This document shows positions 53,101-58,283 of a stretch of 58,283 nucleotides of DNA, in pieces. Under the pieces are notes generated by a model. It was not told the origin of the DNA and searched no databases. It saw only the letters and a program-made list of their open reading frames with translations. Origin of the DNA: a virus. Positions within the stretch are counted from its first letter, which is position 1. Every line of letters begins with the position of its first letter. The position numbers and the translations under genes are program-made. The DNA lies in IMG/VR virus record IMGVR_UViG_3300045988_158607; one strand, 5' to 3'.

Positions 53101-53752
53101 AACATGGCATATCGTAAATACTATTGCAGTGCCGTCTGGCGCTAAGTATATTAGAGTATCTGCTCGAATGTATAGCGATGCTAAAATTAAATTAGAATCA
53201 GGGAATGTTCCAACCGATTGGTCAATGTCAGCTTACGACATTGAAGAAGGGTTAAGAGGAAAAGCCGACCATAAATTAACCAACGCACAATTGAACGCAC
53301 TTGCAGAAAGGTCTCAACTTCACGATGTGGAGCTGAAAGCTAAAGCAACCATGGAGCAGTTGAGCGACCTCGAGAAAGCCTATAATGGAAGAATGAAGGC
53401 AACTGAAGATGCAGTTAAGAAAGCTGAGGGCGACCTTATTCAGGCAGCTAGTCGAATTGAGGCTACTGTTCAAGAACTTGGAGGGCTTCGCGAATTGAAA
53501 AAATTCGTTGACAGTTACATGAGCTCAAGTAACGAGGGTCTCATTATTGGGAAAAATGACGCAAGCTCTACAATTAAGGTCGCAAGTGATAGAATTTCAA
53601 TGTTCTCTGCCGGGAAAGAGGTTATGTATATCAGTCAGGGGCTCATTCACATCGACAACGGGATATTCACTCAGTCTGTCCAGATTGGTCGATTCATAAC
53701 TGAGCAATATGCATTCAACAAAGACATGAACGTGATAAGATATGTAGGATAA
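50177..53752 (+). CDS. Tail-associated protein (Tal-like) with collagen-like GXY tracts and repeated beta-rich modules
   Basis: 1191 aa with a phage minor-structural N-terminal region. Five GXY tracts alternate with four ~60-aa modules (I.YA.S.....P...W....P....G..LWTRT.W.YTD...E.GYSV). C-terminal coiled coil. Confidence 0.8.
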   Translation: MIDNNLAMSPIPGEIVQVYDQNFNLIGASDEIFSKMYEDEIVTRARGKETFTFESIETSSIYQHLKVENLIQYGGRWFRIKYAQDVEDVKGLTKFTCYALWYELAEGMPRKLKHVASSVGAVALDIIKDAGEWVRLVCPPDGANKQVRSITAKENSMLWHLRYLAKQYNLELTFGYEELIRQEVRIVQTVVFLQPYVESKVDFPLVVEENLKYVTRQEDSRNLCTAYKLTGKKEEGSQEPLTFASINNGSEYLIDVSWFTARHMRPRYIAKSKSDERFKIKENLMSAARAYLDIYCRPLIGYEASAVLYTKVPDLHHTQLIVDDHYSVIEWRKISARKIDYDDLSNSTIIFQDPRRDLMDLLNEDGDGVLAGEVENESQVVIRYADDILGTNFNAESGKYIGVINTNKKPSELVPDDFTWVKLEGPQGAQGEQGKPGRDGVDGIAGKNGVGIADTAITYAVSVSGTHEPENGWSEQVPELIKGRFLWTKTFWRYTDGSHETGYSVAYIGQDGNTGKDGIAGKDGVGIAATEVMYASSQSATVAPAAGWSTQVPQVPNGHYLWTRTRWRYTDQTDEIGYSVSRMGEQGPKGDAGRDGIAGKDGKGLKSTAISYGISPNDYAAPGVWASQAPSLIKGQYLWTRTIWTYTDQTTEVGYQKTYIPRDGNDGKNGIAGKDGVGIKSTTITYAGSTSGTVAPTSNWTSSIPNIQPGFFLWTRTVWTYTDNTSETGYSVSKIGETGPRGVQGLQGPQGLQGIPGPAGADGRSQYTHLAFSNSPNGEGFSHTDSGRAYVGQYQDFNPTHSKDPAAYTWTKWKGNDGAQGIPGKSGADGRTSYFHIAYASSADGAREFSLEDQNQQYMGYYSDFEPNDSRDRTRYRWFDRLANIQVGAENRYSSSSSVTGYLSQGGRIDKPQGDNNERTSDFIDIAGILNLILQLWVTTPANGMPWHAWQFYNADKQVLGNRVTGNNSYTTQARTWHIVNTIAVPSGAKYIRVSARMYSDAKIKLESGNVPTDWSMSAYDIEEGLRGKADHKLTNAQLNALAERSQLHDVELKAKATMEQLSDLEKAYNGRMKATEDAVKKAEGDLIQAASRIEATVQELGGLRELKKFVDSYMSSSNEGLIIGKNDASSTIKVASDRISMFSAGKEVMYISQGLIHIDNGIFTQSVQIGRFITEQYAFNKDMNVIRYVG
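51449..52465 (+). repeat. Collagen-like tract / module repeat region within Tal
   Basis: GPQGAQGEQGKPGRDGVDGIAGKNG ... GPRGVQGLQGPQGLQGIPGPAGADG. Four module copies are visible in the translation. Confidence 0.8.
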
Positions 53753-53762
53753 GGAGAAACTC

Positions 53763-55802
53763 ATGACAAAATTTATCAATTCATATGGACCCCTCCATTT
53801 GAATCTTTACGTCGAGCAGGTTAGTCAAGATATCACTAATAACTCATCTCGAGTTAGGTGGAGAGCTACTGTTGACCGTGACGGAGCTTATAGAACATGG
53901 ACTTATGGAAATATTAGTAACCTCTCCGTCTGGTTGAATGGAGCAAGTGTTCACAGTAGTCACCCAGACTATGATACAAGCGGAGAAGAAGTAACTCTAG
54001 CAAGTGGTGAAGTCACCGTGCCTCACAATAGCGACGGGACAAAGACCATGTCGGTCTGGGCATCTTTTGACCCTAATAACGGAGTTCATGGCAACATCAC
54101 AATTTCAACGAATTATACATTCGACAAAATTCCTAGGTCTTCTCAAATTTCAAGCCTAGAGGGAAATCGAGATTTAGGAACACTTCATACAGTCATATTT
54201 GACCGAAAAGTCAACTCATTTACTCATCAGGTCTGGTATAGAGTTTTCGGGAGCGAGTGGATTGATTTAGGAAAAAATCATACTACTAGCGTTTCATTTT
54301 CTCCTCCGCTCGAATTAGCTAGACACCTGCCTAAAACAAGTTCGGGAACGATGGACATCTGTGTTCGAACCTATAATGGCACGACGCAGATTGGCAATGA
54401 CGTCTATTCCAATGGCTGGAAATTTAACATTCCCAACTCGGTGAAACCTACATTTTCGAATATTTCACTAATTGAAACAAATTCTGCTGTCAAGCAAATT
54501 ATGAGCGGGAATAATTTCCTTCAAATTATGTCGAATATTCAAGTAAATTTCAACAATGCTGCAGGAGCTTATGGCTCAACAGTTGAAACATTTCACGCAG
54601 AACTTGTTAATCGAAATCAGGTTATTTCTAAAAATGGCGACAAGCTAGGAATGATGAATTTTAGCGGAACCGCAACTGTTCGAGCGTGGGTTACAGACAG
54701 TCGAGGAAAATCTTCAACAGTCCAAGAAGTTCAAATCAATGTGATTGAATACTACGCTCCGTCAATCAGCTTCACCATTCAAAGAACTAGACAAAATCCA
54801 GCTACGCTGCAAGCCCTTCGAAATGCGAAAGTTGCTCCTATATCAGTAGGAGGGCAACAGAAGAACTTCATGCAAATTACATTTTCAGTCGCTCCTTTAA
54901 ATACTGAAAATTATGTTGAAGATAGAGGACCTGCAACTGCAACATTCTCTTCAATCAGCTTACTTACTAATTCTGCTGCCAACTTGGGAGGAACTTATGG
55001 AGCTGATAAATCATATGTGATTAAAGCAGTTATTCGAGACCGTTTCACATCGGCTTCATTTAGCTCAACCATCGCGACTGAGAAGGTAGTTCTCAACTAT
55101 GACAAAGATGGGCGACTTGGTGTCGGGAAGGTTGTAGAACAGGGCAAAGCAGGGTCAATTGATGCAGCAGGTGATATATATGCTGGAGGGCGACAAGTTC
55201 AACAGTTTCAGCTCACTGATAATAATGGAGCATTGAATAGAGGTCAACATAACGATGTATGGAACAAACGTGCAACAGAGTTTGCATGGCGAGCTACTAA
55301 GTACGAAGACAACCCTACGGGAACTGGAGGTGAATGGGGACTATTTCAAAATTTCTGGTTAGACAGTTGGAAAATGGTTCAATCATTCATTACAATGTCA
55401 GGAAGAATGTTCATCAGGACGGCGAATGATGGAAACAGCTGGAGACCTAACAAGTGGAAAGAGGTTCTATTTAAGCAAGACTTCGAACAGAATAATTGGC
55501 AGAAACTTGTTCTTCAAAATGGCTGGAACCATCATTCAACTTATGGAGACGCTTACTATTCAAAAACACTTGATGGAATAGTCTATTTTAGAGGGAACGT
55601 GCATAAAGGACTTATCGACAAAGAGGCTACTATTGCAGTACTTCCTGAAGGATTTAGACCGAAAGTTTCAATGTATCTTCAGGCTCTCAATAACTCATAT
55701 GGAAATGCTATTCTATGTATATACCCTGACGGCAGGCTCGTAGTGAAATCGAATGTAGACAAATCTTGGTTAAATTTAGACAATGTTTCATTTCGTATTT
55801 AA
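53763..55802 (+). CDS. Tail fibre / receptor-binding candidate with an N-terminal DUF859-like domain
   Basis: N-terminus L.LYVEQVSQDITNNSSRVRWRATV......W......S.W.NG resembles streptococcal siphovirus DUF859 proteins. 679 aa. Confidence 0.65.
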   Translation: MTKFINSYGPLHLNLYVEQVSQDITNNSSRVRWRATVDRDGAYRTWTYGNISNLSVWLNGASVHSSHPDYDTSGEEVTLASGEVTVPHNSDGTKTMSVWASFDPNNGVHGNITISTNYTFDKIPRSSQISSLEGNRDLGTLHTVIFDRKVNSFTHQVWYRVFGSEWIDLGKNHTTSVSFSPPLELARHLPKTSSGTMDICVRTYNGTTQIGNDVYSNGWKFNIPNSVKPTFSNISLIETNSAVKQIMSGNNFLQIMSNIQVNFNNAAGAYGSTVETFHAELVNRNQVISKNGDKLGMMNFSGTATVRAWVTDSRGKSSTVQEVQINVIEYYAPSISFTIQRTRQNPATLQALRNAKVAPISVGGQQKNFMQITFSVAPLNTENYVEDRGPATATFSSISLLTNSAANLGGTYGADKSYVIKAVIRDRFTSASFSSTIATEKVVLNYDKDGRLGVGKVVEQGKAGSIDAAGDIYAGGRQVQQFQLTDNNGALNRGQHNDVWNKRATEFAWRATKYEDNPTGTGGEWGLFQNFWLDSWKMVQSFITMSGRMFIRTANDGNSWRPNKWKEVLFKQDFEQNNWQKLVLQNGWNHHSTYGDAYYSKTLDGIVYFRGNVHKGLIDKEATIAVLPEGFRPKVSMYLQALNNSYGNAILCIYPDGRLVVKSNVDKSWLNLDNVSFRI

Positions 55803-55817
55803 TTTGAGCTGAAATCA

Positions 55818-55826
55818 TGTTATAAT
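55818..55826 (+). promoter_or_regulatory. Class III extended -10 element TGTTATAAT
   Basis: tgttataat 55818-55826, upstream of the lysis-module genes. Confidence 0.5.
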
Positions 55827-55842
55827 ATTTTTTAGAAAGGAG

Positions 55843-56121
55843 GTGAGAACTATGTTGAACCTTACAAAATCGCGCCAAATTGTGGCAGAGTTCACTGTTG
55901 GACAAGGAGCTGAAAAGAAACTTGTCAAAACAACGATTGTGAACATTGATGCAAACGCAGTGTCAAGCGTCTCTGAAACTCTTCATGACCCAGACTTGTA
56001 TGCTGCGAACCGTCGAGAACTTCGAGCTGACGAGCAAAAACTTCGCGAAACTCGTTACGCAATCGAAGATGAAATTCTAGCTGAACAGTCAAAGACTGAA
56101 ACAGCTCTAACAGCTGAATAA
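55843..56121 (+). CDS. Hypothetical protein (92 aa)
   Basis: AGGAGG RBS. Lies between the fibre and lysis genes. Confidence 0.6.
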   Translation: MRTMLNLTKSRQIVAEFTVGQGAEKKLVKTTIVNIDANAVSSVSETLHDPDLYAANRRELRADEQKLRETRYAIEDEILAEQSKTETALTAE

Positions 56122-56135
56122 GGAGGCGTCAATCT

Positions 56136-56567
56136 ATGCCAATGTGGCTAAAAGACACAGCAGTCTTGACGACGATTATTACAGCGTGCAGCGGAGTGCT
56201 TACTGTCCTACTGAATAAGTTATTCGAGTGGAAAGCAAATAAAGCCAAGAGCGTTTTAGAAGACATTTCTACAACTCTTAACACTCTTAAACAGCAGGTC
56301 GACGGGATTGACCAGACGACAGTAGCAATCAATCACCAAAATGACGTCATACAAGACGGAACTAGAAAAATTCAACGTTACCGTCTTTATCACGACTTGA
56401 AGAGGGAAGTGATTAGAGGCTATACGACTCTCGACCATTTTAGAGAACTATCTATCTTGTTCGAGAGCTATAAAAATCTTGGCGGAAATGGTGAAGTCGA
56501 AGCCTTGTTCGACAAATACAAGGAATTACCAATTAGAGAGGATGATGAAATAGATGAAGCTATCTAA
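56136..56567 (+). CDS. Membrane-anchored protein (N-terminal TM); holin-associated or holin-like
   Basis: TAVLTTIITACSGVLTVLL TM segment. Adjacent to the holin. Confidence 0.45.
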   Translation: MPMWLKDTAVLTTIITACSGVLTVLLNKLFEWKANKAKSVLEDISTTLNTLKQQVDGIDQTTVAINHQNDVIQDGTRKIQRYRLYHDLKREVIRGYTTLDHFRELSILFESYKNLGGNGEVEALFDKYKELPIREDDEIDEAI

Positions 56568-56778
56568 TTCACAATACGACATTGCTAAGAGCACTGTCAC
56601 CGTAGTCGTTCCAGCAGCAATTGCGCTAATCACAGGTCTTGGAATCTTGTATAAATTCGATACAGATGCCATCACTGGGACTATTGCTCTTGTCGCTACT
56701 TTCGCAGGTACTGTTCTTGGAGTTTCTAGCAAAAACTACCAAAAAGAGCAAGAAGCTGAAAATGTCGAGGAGGACTAA
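56554..56778 (+). CDS. Holin (phi LC3-family-like, two TM segments)
   Basis: 74 aa with two TM segments and a charged C-terminus [11 protein letters not shown]. Immediately upstream of the lysin. Confidence 0.75.
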   Translation: MKLSNSQYDIAKSTVTVVVPAAIALITGLGILYKFDTDAITGTIALVATFAGTVLGVSSKNYQKEQEAENVEED

Positions 56779-57665
56779 TGTCAATTAACATTGAAGAAGC
56801 TATTAAGTGGATGCAGGCTCGAAAGGGTCGCGTCTCTTATAGCATGGACTATCGAAACGGTCCTGACAGCTATGACTGCTCATCCGCTGTTTACTACGCT
56901 CTTCGTTCAGGAGGGGCGTCAAATGCAGGTTGGGCAGTGAACACAGAGTATCAACATGCTTGGCTCGAGCAGAACGGATATGAACTCATTAGTGAGAACA
57001 CTCCGTGGGATGCTCAACGTGGCGACATCTTCATCTGGGGTCGCAAAGGCGCTTCAAGTGGAGCTGCAGGGCATACAGGCATGTTTATCGACAGTGATAA
57101 TATCATTCACTGCAACTATCGATTTGACGGAATTTCTGTCAATGACCATGATGAAATCTGGTTGTATGCAGGAAGTCCGTACTACTACGTCTATCGTCCA
57201 ACTAATGCAGCTGTTCAAGCAGTTGAAAAGAAACTTGGATGGCAGAGAGATGATACCGGATTCTGGTACGCTCGACCAAATGGTTCTTATCCAAAAGGTC
57301 AATTCGAGTACATTGAAGAGAACAAGTCTTGGTTCTATTTCGATGAGTCAGGCTATATGTACGCAGAAAAATGGTTGAAACATACTGATGGTCATTGGTA
57401 CTGGTTCGACCGTGACGGCTATATGGCTACGTCATGGAAACGGATTGCAGGTTCGTGGTACTTCTTTAATCGAGACGGTTCAATGCAAACCGGATGGGTG
57501 AAATACTACGATAACTGGTATTATCTCGATGCAACCAACGGCGATATGAAGTCAAGCACTTTCGTCCCTTATAATGGCGGATACTACATGCTATTAGAAG
57601 ACGGACGCTTGGCGGATAAAGAAGCGTTCAAGGTAGAGCCTGACGGGCTTATCACTGCTAAGTGA
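56778..57665 (+). CDS. Endolysin: N-terminal Amidase_5-like peptidoglycan hydrolase plus C-terminal choline-binding repeats
   Basis: [11 protein letters not shown] / GHTGMF catalytic-type motifs. Repeats GW..D.G.WYY..-like: [54 protein letters not shown]. Confidence 0.85.
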   Translation: MSINIEEAIKWMQARKGRVSYSMDYRNGPDSYDCSSAVYYALRSGGASNAGWAVNTEYQHAWLEQNGYELISENTPWDAQRGDIFIWGRKGASSGAAGHTGMFIDSDNIIHCNYRFDGISVNDHDEIWLYAGSPYYYVYRPTNAAVQAVEKKLGWQRDDTGFWYARPNGSYPKGQFEYIEENKSWFYFDESGYMYAEKWLKHTDGHWYWFDRDGYMATSWKRIAGSWYFFNRDGSMQTGWVKYYDNWYYLDATNGDMKSSTFVPYNGGYYMLLEDGRLADKEAFKVEPDGLITAK

Positions 57666-57675
57666 GGAGGAAATT

Positions 57676-58041
57676 ATGCCCAAAGTAAGTGAAAATGCAG
57701 AAGGAAATTTCAAGCTAGCATGTGGCGAGAAACTTTACCTTCAACGAAATGAAGAAGGCGAATGTTATGCCTTCTTGAACACTCAAGGAACCGCATATAA
57801 GAATGGAACTTATAGCATTGGACGAAAAGTTGTCGAAGGCTTTCGACCTATGCACAATGTTCTCATCTCTTGCGCTGTTCTTCGAAACGGTCAAATTTTA
57901 GCTAATGCTAAACTTGATTATGTCATTTTGACAAGTGGAAATGTCTTGGTGAATGCAGTGGGAATGCCTGCAGCTGGAACTAAGATTGAACTCGTGGGTC
58001 ACACAACCTACCTAGTAGCACCAGAAGACTGGAATTTATAA
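57676..58041 (+). CDS. Hypothetical protein (121 aa)
   Basis: GAGGAGG RBS. Last rightward ORF. Confidence 0.6.
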   Translation: MPKVSENAEGNFKLACGEKLYLQRNEEGECYAFLNTQGTAYKNGTYSIGRKVVEGFRPMHNVLISCAVLRNGQILANAKLDYVILTSGNVLVNAVGMPAAGTKIELVGHTTYLVAPEDWNL

Positions 58042-58081
58042 AGAGAGAGGAGGAAGCTCTTTTCTAAATATTGTTTCTTCT

Positions 58082-58113
58082 TAATCCCGCAGGGTTCAAA
58101 CCTTGTGGGATTT
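58082..58113 (+). terminator. Rho-independent terminator ending the late operon
   Basis: aatcccgcaggg-ttcaaa-ccttgtgggatt (12 bp, 2 G.U pairs) followed by tt. Confidence 0.7.
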
Positions 58114-58196
58114 TGAGTCGTATAATAGTCTATTTACTTATTCGAAACTTTCAATTATAATTAAATTGTCAACACGTTTGTTGATATGACCCTTTC

Positions 58197-58227
58197 CACC
58201 TCGATTCGTTTCGGGGTGTTTTATTTT
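58197..58227 (+). terminator. Second rho-independent terminator, directly upstream of early promoter 1
   Basis: cacctcga-ttcgtt-tcggggtg followed by ttttatttt. Confidence 0.65.
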
Positions 58228-58283
58228 GAAAAAAAAGTTCAACTTTTTACACAAAAATGCTTGACTTCATCCATTCATTATCG

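Noticed and set aside
1-58283. Lysogeny module (integrase, CI/Cro, attP), tRNA genes, CRISPR arrays, a reverse transcriptase/DGR, and homing endonucleases or introns
   Set aside because: I looked through the ORF translations and intergenic gaps and found no recombinase, RT, HNH/LAGLIDADG signatures, cloverleafs or spaced repeats. Absence is judged by eye only.

Overview
The window is one complete, circularly closed genome unit (58,228 bp plus a 55-bp end overlap) of a tailed dsDNA phage with siphovirus-type structural genes. I found no integrase, CI-like repressor, tRNA, rRNA or CRISPR array, so it looks virulent. The endolysin pairs an Amidase_5-like domain with choline-binding repeats, which points to a choline-teichoic-acid Streptococcus host (pneumoniae/mitis group) and a Dp-1-like lineage; this is inference from gene content only. 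Layout: (i) 0.1-13.3 kb holds rightward early and replication genes: SNF2 helicase, DnaC-like loader, DnaB-like helicase, primase, a sigma-70-family factor, a gp32-like SSB and a family A DNA polymerase. (ii) 11.4-18.9 kb holds two paralogous DUF2156-like tandem-GNAT genes followed by a full 7-deazaguanine module: yhhQ-like transporter, queF, queC, queD, queE, folE, queT and a DpdA-like transglycosylase. (iii) 19.2-30.2 kb holds a DnaN-like clamp, Cas4-like nuclease, RecU-like resolvase, dUTPase, RecA-like recombinase, a three-gene clamp loader, an HD hydrolase and a sigma-region-4-like regulator. (iv) 30.2-34.2 kb is a leftward block of small early genes. (v) 34.3-35.0 kb is a roughly 700-bp non-coding repeat array. 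(vi) 35-58 kb holds the late genes: TerS, TerL, portal, head, tail, collagen-like Tal, DUF859 fibre, holins and lysin. Three promoter families recur across the genome. The most interesting lead is a possible clamp-tethered DNA hypermodification system: QxxLF clamp-binding-like motifs sit at the extreme termini of the polymerase, both DUF2156 paralogs, DpdA and a 119-aa protein.
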